Source: a virus
Direction: 5' to 3' (one strand)
Virus record (IMG/VR): IMGVR_UViG_3300045988_071280
DNA: 64,000 nucleotides
Position 1 is the stretch's first letter. Every line of letters starts with the position of its first letter. The notes under the pieces are model-generated. The model saw only the letters and a list, made by a program, of their open reading frames with translations, had not been told where the DNA came from and ran no database searches. Of this stretch, positions 29,482 through 38,959 are shown in pieces. A program made the translations under genes and the position numbers.

Positions 29482-30516
29482 ATGAAATCACAATTAATAA
29501 TCAAATTAGAAAATTTAAAAAATTTAAAAACTCTTGTTGAAGAAGAACTATATTCTGCAAAGGATATATGTAACTTTCTAGAATTACCAGAAGAAAAAAA
29601 TACTATTAGAAATATTAATAGTTACTTAAGACGATATAAAATAAAGTCTCCTTATCCAAAAATAACAGATCGTAATTCTAGAATTATAGAAAAATATAAA
29701 TCAAAAGTACCTGAATGGTGGAATCATCCAAAATTAAAAACTGTAATTGAATTTAAACTAAAAAATAATTTAGTTATAAATTATGCAGATAAGGATAAAA
29801 AAATTGCTAGATATGTAATCTCTGTAAAATATCATCCAAGAGCTTCATCTGCAAATCAAGTAAAGGCTCATATTATATTATGGGAATTACATAATAAACA
29901 ATTATTTCCTGATAATTATGTAATGATTCCAAAAGACGGAAATTTTTTAAATTTAAATATTGATAATTTTGATGTAATGTCAAACGAAGAATATAGATCT
30001 ATCACAGCTACTAGTAAAAAAAATCATTTTTATACTACTGGTAGTAAATCTGGAGTATGTTATAAAGGAGGATGGAAAACTATCTCTAAAAAATTTCTTC
30101 AGACAAATACATCATGCGAAATATGTGGATGTTCAAATAAATATAAGTTAAATGTACATCATATAATTAGCTACTATTTATTTGATAAATCTAAGGATGC
30201 ACATTTTTTAGAAAACTTAATTTGTTTATGTGATTCATGTCATCAAAATCTACATTTAGGAAAATTAAACTTATTGGGCATCTTATCTGAAAAGATAAGA
30301 TTAAAACTTCTTAAATTGCTGGAAACACTTAAAGAAAAATTTAAAAATGATGATAAATTATTATTAGTAAATTTTTCAATTAAGTCAATCAGCAGCCAAG
30401 CTGATTTGAAATCAGAAGGTTCAACGACTATCTCGAAAGAGAGTACATCACAAGCTAATGGTGATGGAAATAGGAAGCATCTTAACTCAAATGAGAAAGA
30501 TGATGATATAGTCTAA
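29482..30516 (+). CDS. HNH homing endonuclease
   Basis: CEICGCSNKYKLNVHHII...NLICLCDSCHQNLH. The C-terminal ~40 codons are read from the Q, R and S core elements. Confidence 0.8.
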   Translation: MKSQLIIKLENLKNLKTLVEEELYSAKDICNFLELPEEKNTIRNINSYLRRYKIKSPYPKITDRNSRIIEKYKSKVPEWWNHPKLKTVIEFKLKNNLVINYADKDKKIARYVISVKYHPRASSANQVKAHIILWELHNKQLFPDNYVMIPKDGNFLNLNIDNFDVMSNEEYRSITATSKKNHFYTTGSKSGVCYKGGWKTISKKFLQTNTSCEICGCSNKYKLNVHHIISYYLFDKSKDAHFLENLICLCDSCHQNLHLGKLNLLGILSEKIRLKLLKLLETLKEKFKNDDKLLLVNFSIKSISSQADLKSEGSTTISKESTSQANGDGNRKHLNSNEKDDDIV

Positions 30517-30588
30517 TCTATATGGTGACATATAGCAGTTCATAGGAGAACGTATATAAGAGTTGCGTCTTATATAGAATATATAATG

Positions 30589-31686
30589 GATGGAAATATA
30601 AGTACCTTAACTGGAAACACTCCTGGATGTCATGGTCAACATGCGAAAAGATATATCCGGAGAGTTCAGGTTAATAAAGAAGAAGAAGCAGGTAAAGTAT
30701 ACGCTAAATATAATCCTAAAGCAGTAGTAGAATCTGTTTGGTCTAATAATCATACTGATAATTGTATTATGTTCGCAATAGAATCGGATGATAACGTTAA
30801 AACCAAATCGGAATTATTAGGAATTAGACAATTAGAAGTAGTTAAATTACTATATAATAACTGGATTCTTCCAGGAATGGTAGATCCTACTAATCCTGTA
30901 TGTAATAATGTATCTAATACTGTTATAGTTCCAAATCAAGATTGGCATAGAGTAAAAGATTGGGTATGGAATAATAAAAACTTTATTGCTGGAGTATCAT
31001 TTATTCCTTCAACTGGAGACATTACTTTTACACAACCTCCATACTCAGAAGTATTTATTCCAGAAGAATTGGTAGAAATGTATGGAGACGGAGTAATATT
31101 TGCCTCAGGTTTAATCGTAGACGCAGAAAAAACTTTCGGAAATTTATGGAGAGCTTGCGATACATTTAATTATAAAGGGGAGAAGTTATATTCTACTGTT
31201 GAAGATGCTAAAGAATTTATTAAAGAACTTAATGTAACAGAAGATCCCTCTTATTTAAATAAACCTCATTCTGAATGGGTAAAAGCTAATTCAATTCAAT
31301 ATAATAATTGGGTTAAAGTATTATCCACATTGGGATATACAGAAGAATTTATAGATGAAATTTTAGATTCTGACATAGAAATTCCAATTGCAGAAATTCA
31401 GAAGTATTTAGATAAAACAGCATTTACTAATGTAAAAAATCTAAATGCTAAGAGAGATATAATGCGGAGAATGAAAAAATTCGGAGATACATATTTTGGA
31501 GAAGATTATAACACTATGATTGAAGCTCTTAAATATGTACAATTATATCACGATTGGTGTGATATAACTAGAAACTATACTCCTATCGACTGGACTATAG
31601 TTAAATGGAAAAAAGTACTGATCGATGCAGATACAACAGGAGCTCAGGCCTGTTCTGGAGGACAATGTGATATAACTAAAATATAA
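30589..31686 (+). CDS. nrdJ: RNR exon 4 (C-terminus)
   Basis: IKP|DGNISTLTGNTPGCHGQHAKRYIRRV, with a C-terminal CSGGQC cysteine pair. Confidence 0.7.
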   Translation, partial: DGNISTLTGNTPGCHGQHAKRYIRRVQVNKEEEAGKVYAKYNPKAVVESVWSNNHTDNCIMFAIESDDNVKTKSELLGIRQLEVVKLLYNNWILPGMVDPTNPVCNNVSNTVIVPNQDWHRVKDWVWNNKNFIAGVSFIPSTGDITFTQPPYSEVFIPEELVEMYGDGVIFASGLIVDAEKTFGNLWRACDTFNYKGEKLYSTVEDAKEFIKELNVTEDPSYLNKPHSEWVKANSIQYNNWVKVLSTLGYTEEFIDEILDSDIEIPIAEIQKYLDKTAFTNVKNLNAKRDIMRRMKKFGDTYFGEDYNTMIEALKYVQLYHDWCDITRNYTPIDWTIVKWKKVLIDADTTGAQACSGGQCDITKI

Positions 31687-31693
31687 TAAGTAT

Positions 31694-31888
31694 ATGAAAT
31701 ACAGAATTACTTATACAGTATCTTGTGATTCTACATTTTATGTAGATATCGATGCAGATAATGAAAAAAAAGCAATAGATGAATTTAATTCTGGATACTG
31801 GGATTATGATGAAGACATACTTATAGACTCTTCTTGTTTAGATCCAGAAATAGAGAATATTCAAGTAGTAGATGAGGAGGATGTCTGA
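31694..31888 (+). CDS. small acidic hypothetical protein
   Basis: 64-aa ORF, loosely similar in style to 10265/10529. Confidence 0.4.
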   Translation: MKYRITYTVSCDSTFYVDIDADNEKKAIDEFNSGYWDYDEDILIDSSCLDPEIENIQVVDEEDV

Positions 31889-32079
31889 TGAAATATACTA
31901 TTCACAATTTAAACAACGGATTATATTGGGACGATACTTGTGAGTTATTTAGAACTGGAGGATTAGTTCCATTATATAATACAGAAGATGAAGCTAAAGA
32001 TGTTATAATTAAAAAAGAATTGAAAGAATGTGAAGTACTTCCTGTTTTACTAATTCCAAATCCTGACGATAATGATTAA
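31888..32079 (+). CDS. hypothetical protein
   Basis: 63-aa ORF with an overlapping TGATG junction. Confidence 0.4.
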   Translation: MKYTIHNLNNGLYWDDTCELFRTGGLVPLYNTEDEAKDVIIKKELKECEVLPVLLIPNPDDND

Positions 32080-32257
32080 ATCTTTTTATGCTATATATAA
32101 TCCTAAATTATCTAATTATTACAATCCTATAACAAAAGAGTTTGGAGTGTATAATACTAATGCTATTTATGATAAAGATACTGCTCTTAAATATATAGAT
32201 CAAGATGGATTAAAAGGTTGTGAGTTAAAAATTATATATAAATATTTTAAATCATGA
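32072..32257 (+). CDS. hypothetical protein
   Basis: 61-aa ORF overlapping its neighbours. Confidence 0.4.
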   Translation: MIKSFYAIYNPKLSNYYNPITKEFGVYNTNAIYDKDTALKYIDQDGLKGCELKIIYKYFKS

Positions 32258-32553
32258 TATTAAATTTTATATATAATAGTCTGGAATCTGATATTGATCC
32301 TTTTGAGATTCTTCCTCCTGATAATGATATAGAGAATTTAAATATAAATTATTATGATATATCATATACTAAAGATAAGAAAAAAGGAAGAGCTATATTA
32401 AATAAATATGCTGCTAGAGAACTTCCGGTATTTGAATTAACAGATGACAATGGGAATTATTTATATTTTTCTTATGCAGAAAGTAGATTATATAAATTAA
32501 CTAAGGAATTTATTATATCTAAAGTAAAAGAATACGAACATAATAAAGAATAA
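32254..32553 (+). CDS. hypothetical protein
   Basis: 99-aa ORF with an ATGA overlap. Confidence 0.45.
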   Translation: MILNFIYNSLESDIDPFEILPPDNDIENLNINYYDISYTKDKKKGRAILNKYAARELPVFELTDDNGNYLYFSYAESRLYKLTKEFIISKVKEYEHNKE

Positions 32554-32566
32554 ATATATTTTATTT

Positions 32567-32821
32567 ATGTTAGCAGAAGATCTCAAAATTGGAGATATTA
32601 TACTTGTAGAAGGAGGAAGTAGTAATTATAATATAGAAATTTTGGATATATTATCTCCTAATATTAAATATAGATATACTGATTTACCTAAAACTAATAA
32701 TTGGGCGGATTATTCTATATTTAATAAAACTTTTAAAATACTTGAATTATTAAAAGAAGGAGATGGAAAAAGAAAAGGAAATAAAACTATAACAGTATCA
32801 AAGAAATCTAAGAAAAAATGA
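32567..32821 (+). CDS. hypothetical protein
   Basis: 84-aa ORF with a basic C-terminus. Confidence 0.45.
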   Translation: MLAEDLKIGDIILVEGGSSNYNIEILDILSPNIKYRYTDLPKTNNWADYSIFNKTFKILELLKEGDGKRKGNKTITVSKKSKKK

Positions 32822-33336
32822 AAGTAAAAATATATAATAAATCTAATAACGAACTACCTAAATATAAAACATCTGGAGCAGCTGGAATGGACGCAAGAGC
32901 TAGCTTTAGTAATATTGATCCAAAAGATTTAATTAAATATGGTCCTGTTGTATATACTTTAGATACGGAAACGAAAAAAATTAAATCTATCTCAATGCAG
33001 CCAGGGTCAAGAGTTTTAGTTCCTTTAGATATTCATACAAGTATTCCGGAAGGTTATATGATTACTTTACATATTCGTAGTGGAGTAGCTCTTAAAGATG
33101 GATTAATTCTTGGAAATGCAACTGGGATTATAGATTTTGATTATAGAGGGAATTATGGAGCTATTTTAGTAAATCCTTCATGGAATAAACCTGTAGATAT
33201 CTCAGAAGGAGATAGAATTTGCCAATTAATTCTTCAAAAGGTAGAGATATGTGAATGGGAAGAAGTAGATAATTTAGAAGATTTAGATATAACAAATAGA
33301 GGGATTGGTGGATTTGGATCAACTGGAAAACAATGA
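32818..33336 (+). CDS. dut: dUTP diphosphatase (trimeric dUTPase)
   Basis: SGAAGMDARA, RSGVALKDGLILGNATGIIDFDYRG, GDRICQLIL, RGIGGFGSTG. Confidence 0.9.
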   Translation: MKVKIYNKSNNELPKYKTSGAAGMDARASFSNIDPKDLIKYGPVVYTLDTETKKIKSISMQPGSRVLVPLDIHTSIPEGYMITLHIRSGVALKDGLILGNATGIIDFDYRGNYGAILVNPSWNKPVDISEGDRICQLILQKVEICEWEEVDNLEDLDITNRGIGGFGSTGKQ

Positions 33337-33626
33337 TGCTTATATTAGAAATATTAGGAACTGAATTTTCTACTCCGAATAAATCAGGATGTAAAATATT
33401 ATTCGATGAAATAGAGAATATAGATCTTATTAGGAAAGCTTCTAGATGTATATATAGTTACCAACAAGATTTAAATTTTAAAACATTACAGAATATATTC
33501 TTCTGTAATCTTAATGTAGATCAAGATTTAATGAATTATATAGAAGTAATGTCAGAAGATTTTGATTATATTTCTAACATAGTAATACATACTGTAAAAC
33601 ATATAAATGAAGAGATTATGTTCTAA
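33333..33626 (+). CDS. hypothetical protein
   Basis: 97-aa ORF with ATGA overlaps on both sides. Confidence 0.45.
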   Translation: MMLILEILGTEFSTPNKSGCKILFDEIENIDLIRKASRCIYSYQQDLNFKTLQNIFFCNLNVDQDLMNYIEVMSEDFDYISNIVIHTVKHINEEIMF

Positions 33627-34996
33627 TGGAGAATGCAAATAACATATTTTCTGAATTTGGAAGTGCTTTAATACAAGAAAAAGAAGATCAAGAGTTGGAA
33701 TCTGAAATAAAAGGATTCCATACTCTGGATTTTGAATTATCTTGGGAACAATTATCTGCAATTAAGAAAATTATTAAGTTTATAAATAATAAAAATATTA
33801 GTAACAAAGACAATACTGATAATAATAAATTATTATTATCTGGAAAAGCTGGAACAGGCAAAACTTCTGTTATATCACAAGTAATAGCATATTTAGATAA
33901 TCATAGCTATGATTATGTAGTGTGTGCTCCAACTCATAAAGCTAGAATTAATTTAGAAAAACTTACTAAGACTGAAACATTAACACTACACCAATTATTA
34001 TTATTAAAACCCAATCTAGAAATTGAACAATTAAATATTAAAGAATTAGAATTTCAAAGTGGATTAAAACATAATTGGAAAGCTAGAATTCCTAGATTAG
34101 TAATAGTAGATGAATGTAGTATGATAACCTCTGATTTATATGAGTTTATAGATAAAGAGTTAGTATCAAAAAGAAATGTAAAAATAGTTTTTCTAGGTGA
34201 TTCAGCGCAACTACGAGGAGTTAAAGATTTGGAAATATCTAAAGTATTCTCTTTAAAGAATAAAATAGAATTAACCAAAATATATCGGCAGAAAGACGAA
34301 GCTCCGTTATTATATTTATTAGATGAATTAAGAACATCTCCGCATTTTGGTAAGTTTAAAGAATTTAAATCTGACTATGGATCTTTATATAACTGTAGTA
34401 ATGTAAAAGATTTTATAATCAAAGCTGGAAAGAATTTTAAGAAGGCTATTAGTAAAGAAGATCCGTACTTATGTAGAATTCTTACATATACAAATAAAAG
34501 ATTAAATGAGTATAACACTGTACTTAATAAACTTTTATTTAATAATAATGAAGAATATAATATCGGAGGATTCCTAACTGGATATGATAACTTTGAGTCC
34601 GATGATTATTTTGGAAAAATATATAATTCTCTAGATTATATAATAAAAGATGTAAAACCTTATATTAAACCTCCATCTCAGATATTTCCTCTAGAATTAA
34701 AGGGATTTATATTAACTTTAAAAGATTTTATATATGAAGATGATATAGAAGTATTTATTATATCTAAATATATAGATCCTGAAATATTAAATTCTTTTAT
34801 ATCCTTATTTGAAACAACTAGACTAACCGCTCTAAAAGTAGACAAGAAAGTAAATTCTAGATTATATGGAGCATTATGGGGTAAATACTATAAGTTACAA
34901 CAATACTTTGCATCTCCAATTGATTTATATTATGACGGGAGATTAATAAAATCAGCAACGCTAAAGCCTGGATATGCTATTAGCACGCATAAGAGT
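33626..34996 (+). CDS. SF1 Dda/RecD-like DNA helicase, exon 1
   Basis: LLLSGKAGTGKTSV (Walker A), VIVDECSM (Walker B), FLGDSAQL. Breaks in AISTHKS|. Confidence 0.8.
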
Positions 34997-35233
34997 TGAT
35001 TTTTTGGCTCTTGTAAAACCTACTTAATTGACGGGAACATCCTTAGAGATTATCCTACTAAATTATAACAGTAATGTATATAATGGTGAGATTAACTACC
35101 TCAGTATAGTAAAAAAGGATAATATTGGACAATCCGCAGCTAAATTTCCATGTATGGAAAAGAGTTCAGAGACTATCTCGAAAGAGAGTACATTTAAATT
35201 ATTAAAATTTATTTGGAAACAGTAGGGTATTTA

Positions 35234-35265
35234 TTTGGACTTATGAATTTTTATGGTTACTTTTG
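35234..35265 (+). promoter_or_regulatory. Bacteroidota-type promoter inside the intron
   Basis: TTTG 35234-35237, a 20-nt spacer, then TACTTTTG 35258-35265, upstream of the GIY-YIG ATG at 35308. Confidence 0.5.
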
Positions 35266-35307
35266 TGTATTGAAATCAATATAAATAGTAACTTAAAAAT
35301 TCGTATA

Positions 35308-36066
35308 ATGGAACAATGTTATTTACCAAATCAAAAAGACAAATTAGTTAGGTTAGGATTTATTTATGCTTTAAAAAATCCTGACACAGGAGAAATTTTT
35401 TATGTAGGTGCTACCGAATCTACTCCAAAAGATAGATTAGCAGGACACTATAATCATTTTATAGAAGCTTTAGAAGGAAAGCGAAAAATGAATAAAAAAT
35501 TTGAATATTTTAAAAAAATTTATCCTAAAACAGCAGATTGGGAAGTATTAAAAATAGTAGAAAATGATTATTTATATAAGATAGAAGTAGAATATATAGA
35601 AAAATATTCAAAACTATGGAATTTAACTAATCAAACTAAAGGAGGAGAAGGAGGAGATACTTTTACAATGCAGGATTCTATTGCTAAAAAACGTATATCA
35701 GAATTAATATCTTCTAAAATTGTTGGGAGACCAAAACCAGAAGGTTTTGGAGAGAATTTATCTAAAGCTAGGATGGGAGGAAATAATCCAGCTGCCGGAA
35801 AAACTAGATATAACGTTGCAATTTTCAATAATAAAGAGGAGTTTATTAAAATTATTCACTACCCCTATGAAATTACTGATTTTCTTGATGGAGTTTTTCC
35901 GGAAGAGCCACATGAAAAACATGCTAAAACAGCTGGAAACGTAATGGCAGGAATAAGAAAAAACCAGAGTAAAACTTCAAAAAACAATGGTTATATATTT
36001 AAAGATGTTTCTATTTGTCCACAAGAAATACAAGATATAGTCCAATCTACAAATGAAAGTTTGTAG
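35308..36066 (+). CDS. GIY-YIG homing endonuclease
   Basis: GFIYALKNPDTGEIFYVGAT..R..GH, with NUMOD3-like GRPKPEGFGENLSKARMGGNNPAAGK. The C-terminus overlaps the S element. Confidence 0.8.
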   Translation: MEQCYLPNQKDKLVRLGFIYALKNPDTGEIFYVGATESTPKDRLAGHYNHFIEALEGKRKMNKKFEYFKKIYPKTADWEVLKIVENDYLYKIEVEYIEKYSKLWNLTNQTKGGEGGDTFTMQDSIAKKRISELISSKIVGRPKPEGFGENLSKARMGGNNPAAGKTRYNVAIFNNKEEFIKIIHYPYEITDFLDGVFPEEPHEKHAKTAGNVMAGIRKNQSKTSKNNGYIFKDVSICPQEIQDIVQSTNESL

Positions 36067-36073
36067 TATTATG

Positions 36074-36205
36074 CAAGGAAGCTCAATTACTAATGTTTAT
36101 ATAGATATGAAAGATATTTTAAGATGTAAAGATGAAGAGGAATTAAGACAATTACAATATGTAGCATTGTCCAGAACTAAAAATAACATTTATTTATTAA
36201 ATTAA
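36074..36205 (+). CDS. SF1 helicase, exon 2 (43 aa)
   Basis: THKS|QGSSITNVYID...YVALSRTKNNIYLLN restores the HKSQG and ALSR motifs. Not in the ORF track. Confidence 0.8.
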   Translation, partial: QGSSITNVYIDMKDILRCKDEEELRQLQYVALSRTKNNIYLLN

Positions 36206-36206
36206 A

Positions 36207-36746
36207 ATGGATTATAATATAGACTTAAATTTTCCAAAAGATATTCCTGTAGAAATCTATACCCCGGAAGGAGAATTACTTACCACTGTAACTACTCAAA
36301 CTGAACTTTTATATATCACAAATCAGATTAGATCACAGAAATTAGAAGGATTCTATATTAAGTTCAAAGATTTAGAAATACATATAACTAAAGATGGAAA
36401 TTTAGAAAGTACTCCTGAGGAAATGTTCTATAATTATCGTAAAATTATTAATGAGACTATGTATGGAATACCTATTGAAGAATATAATAAAGTAAAGATA
36501 GAAGTAGATGAAAACGGAGTCTTAACCGAAGTATATTATAAAGGTAATTTCTATGCTAAATATCTTTCTAGAATGAGTAAAGACTCTTTTACAATAAAAA
36601 CATATCCAGAATGGATGGATGTAATGACTTCTACAGAAATGGAAGGAACAACTCAAAGGAAGATATTAGAAGAACTTTCTAATGGAATATCTTTTACAAT
36701 TATATGTAATCTTTTACTATCTAATGAGAACAACGTACAAGAATGA
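36207..36746 (+). CDS. hypothetical protein
   Basis: 179-aa ORF. Confidence 0.5.
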   Translation: MDYNIDLNFPKDIPVEIYTPEGELLTTVTTQTELLYITNQIRSQKLEGFYIKFKDLEIHITKDGNLESTPEEMFYNYRKIINETMYGIPIEEYNKVKIEVDENGVLTEVYYKGNFYAKYLSRMSKDSFTIKTYPEWMDVMTSTEMEGTTQRKILEELSNGISFTIICNLLLSNENNVQE

Positions 36747-37947
36747 ATTAATATCTAGAGATTCTAAAGGAAAAATTAGAGTAGTATATGCTAGTGCTAA
36801 ATACCTTCCTCTAGTTAACGAATTTAGAATCTTTAAAAAAACTGGATTATTTAAAGGAAAACTTATTGAACAGCCTGAGAAAGTTATTACAGAAGGTAAA
36901 GCTAAAAGAACTGTTCATCAACAAGGAGATTTAGAATATAATTCTACTATATCTAAGTATTTAGATAAAGGGTATAAGAAAGTAGAAGAATTATTCACAA
37001 AGCCTTTAGATAAGTTATCGGAAGAGGAAATAAATGAAAAACTTCCGTTAATAAAAACTAATGCCGATAATGTTCCTATTCCAATGGGATGTAAAAAATA
37101 TACGGAAGTAGCCACTAAAGCTTTTGATAAAGAATATTTAGCTTCAAGAAAATTAGATGGAGTAAAGTGTATCTTCTATCAAAGAGATGGGAAGATTAGG
37201 ACAAGTTCTAGGGGTGGTAAAGACTACAATATAGCAGCAGAGCATTTAATTAATGATCCTGCTATGATAGAGATATTTAAAAAGTATCCAGATATAATGT
37301 TAGATGGAGAAATTTATAAACACGGATGGCCATTACAAAAAATCTCTGGATTAGCTAGAACTAAGGAAATTACTCCTGAAAAATATCAAGATATTATCCA
37401 ATTACAGTATTGGATATACGATATCGCTGATGATAAAATGAAGTTTGAGGATAGATGGGAGTTAATGCAGGAATTAGAACCTATTATATCTAAATCATCT
37501 CACTTAAAATTAGTAGAACAAACTCCAATTTCTGGATGGTTAGGAATCGATAAATTAAATAAGAAATATGTAGCAGAAGGATTTGAAGGAGTAGTCATTA
37601 AACGATTAGACGCATATTATGGATACGGAAAGAAGACTAGCGCGGCTATAAAGATTAAGGACTATAAGGATGAAGAATTTCTCATTGTTGGATGGGTTCC
37701 AGGATTAAGACCTGAAGAGGATATGTGTTTTGTAATGGAGACTAAATCTGGAAAGAGATTTAAAGCAAAACCTGTAGGAGATAGGAATACTAAATTAGAT
37801 TATGTAGAGAATATATCTAATATTATTGGACATATGGGTACTGTTACATATTTTAGTATGTCAGAAGATGGAATTCCGACTCAGCCTGTATTTAAAACTA
37901 TTAGATATGAAGAAGATATATATAATAATTATGATGAAGAGGATTAA
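36724..37947 (+). CDS. ATP-dependent DNA ligase
   Basis: SRKLDGVK (motif I KxDG), MLDGEIY, EGVVIK, IKIKDY. ATG 36724 is preferred over 36682. Confidence 0.85.
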   Translation: MRTTYKNELISRDSKGKIRVVYASAKYLPLVNEFRIFKKTGLFKGKLIEQPEKVITEGKAKRTVHQQGDLEYNSTISKYLDKGYKKVEELFTKPLDKLSEEEINEKLPLIKTNADNVPIPMGCKKYTEVATKAFDKEYLASRKLDGVKCIFYQRDGKIRTSSRGGKDYNIAAEHLINDPAMIEIFKKYPDIMLDGEIYKHGWPLQKISGLARTKEITPEKYQDIIQLQYWIYDIADDKMKFEDRWELMQELEPIISKSSHLKLVEQTPISGWLGIDKLNKKYVAEGFEGVVIKRLDAYYGYGKKTSAAIKIKDYKDEEFLIVGWVPGLRPEEDMCFVMETKSGKRFKAKPVGDRNTKLDYVENISNIIGHMGTVTYFSMSEDGIPTQPVFKTIRYEEDIYNNYDEED

Positions 37948-37960
37948 ATAATAATTAAAT

Positions 37961-38188
37961 ATGAAAATTAATAATAGGAAATCGATCTACGACGATCTTC
38001 AAAAATACGATTGTTTAAAGAATAAGTCTTCTTTTATAGAAATAACCGAATGGACTAATGGAGAAGGATGGGATATAACTATAGATGAAAAAATGTTTAA
38101 TCTAACTTATGGAGAACTTGAAGCTATAAATTATCTTGTTAAAGCATTAGATTATGAATCCGATAAAGTCAAAAATAAAGATTATTAA
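37961..38188 (+). CDS. hypothetical protein
   Basis: 75-aa ORF. Confidence 0.4.
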   Translation: MKINNRKSIYDDLQKYDCLKNKSSFIEITEWTNGEGWDITIDEKMFNLTYGELEAINYLVKALDYESDKVKNKDY

Positions 38189-38630
38189 TAAATATAATAA
38201 TCCTCTTTATTATTGGTGGAAAGTTAGAAAAATATTTAAAAGACCTAAATGCCATCTTATAATTAAGAAAAATTTCTGGTTTTTTGGACTTCCTGCTAGA
38301 AGAGATTATTATAATTCTGTTATAGATATAAGATTCTCAGGGCTAGGATGGAAATGGAAATATGATGAAGTTAGACATGAATGGGATCCTTATATTCAGA
38401 TATGTTTATTTCGGAAATATCATATTATATGGATATTTAATTGGGTAAATAAACATGATAAATTAAATTCCGATATAATAAGTATGTCTACATGGGAAGC
38501 TATATTAGATTATTTGTATAATCATAAAACTATACAAGAATGTGTAAATTTTCATGCTTGGAAGTATAATAGAGAAATTCTAACTATAAAAGAAAATATA
38601 AAGAAAAAGTATTTAAAAACTTTAAAATAA
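38154..38630 (+). CDS. hypothetical protein
   Basis: 158-aa Trp-rich ORF. Confidence 0.45.
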   Translation: MNPIKSKIKIINKYNNPLYYWWKVRKIFKRPKCHLIIKKNFWFFGLPARRDYYNSVIDIRFSGLGWKWKYDEVRHEWDPYIQICLFRKYHIIWIFNWVNKHDKLNSDIISMSTWEAILDYLYNHKTIQECVNFHAWKYNREILTIKENIKKKYLKTLK

Positions 38631-38644
38631 TAAACATAAATTAT

Positions 38645-38672
38645 ATTAGAGATAATTTATTTTATCTCTAAT
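38645..38672 (+). terminator. terminator-like hairpin
   Basis: 11-bp stem ATTAGAGATAA/TTATCTCTAAT with a 6-nt loop. The downstream T-run is weak. Confidence 0.35.
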
Positions 38673-38688
38673 ATTTAAATCATAATTT

Positions 38689-38958
38689 ATGAAATATAAA
38701 AAGAAACCAGTAATCATAGAAGCTATACAACTTTTAAATAATAATTCTTCTATAGAAGAATGTTTAAAGTTTATATATAATGTTTTTATAACTGACGATG
38801 ATATAGAAACTGTTAAAAATGATAAACATATACGTATTCAAACTTTAGAAGGAGATATGAAAGCTTCTTTTGGAGATTATATTATTAAAGGAGTAAATGG
38901 AGAATTTTATCCATGTAAACCGGATATTTTTGAAAAAACATATGAAAGTATTGAATAA
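38689..38958 (+). CDS. hypothetical protein
   Basis: 89-aa ORF. Confidence 0.45.
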   Translation: MKYKKKPVIIEAIQLLNNNSSIEECLKFIYNVFITDDDIETVKNDKHIRIQTLEGDMKASFGDYIIKGVNGEFYPCKPDIFEKTYESIE

Positions 38959-38959
38959 T

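Larger units (their letters stand above)
29400..30588 (+). mobile_element. group I intron rnr-i3 (1189 nt) carrying an HNH endonuclease
   Basis: Q CAATCAGCAGCC, R GTTCAACGACTATCTCGAAAGAGAGTA near 30419, S GATGATGATATAGTCTAA near 30500. Ends ...AATATATAATG|GATGGA. Confidence 0.75.
34997..36073 (+). mobile_element. group I intron (1077 nt) carrying a GIY-YIG endonuclease
   Basis: An 8-bp P1 forms between exon ATAAGAGT (34989-34996) and GCTCTTGT (35007-35014). Q AATCCGCAGC 35131-35140, R AGTTCAGAGACTATCTCGAAAGAGAGTA near 35164, S CAAGATATAGTCC near 36032. Ends ...GTATTATG|CAAGGA. Confidence 0.85.
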
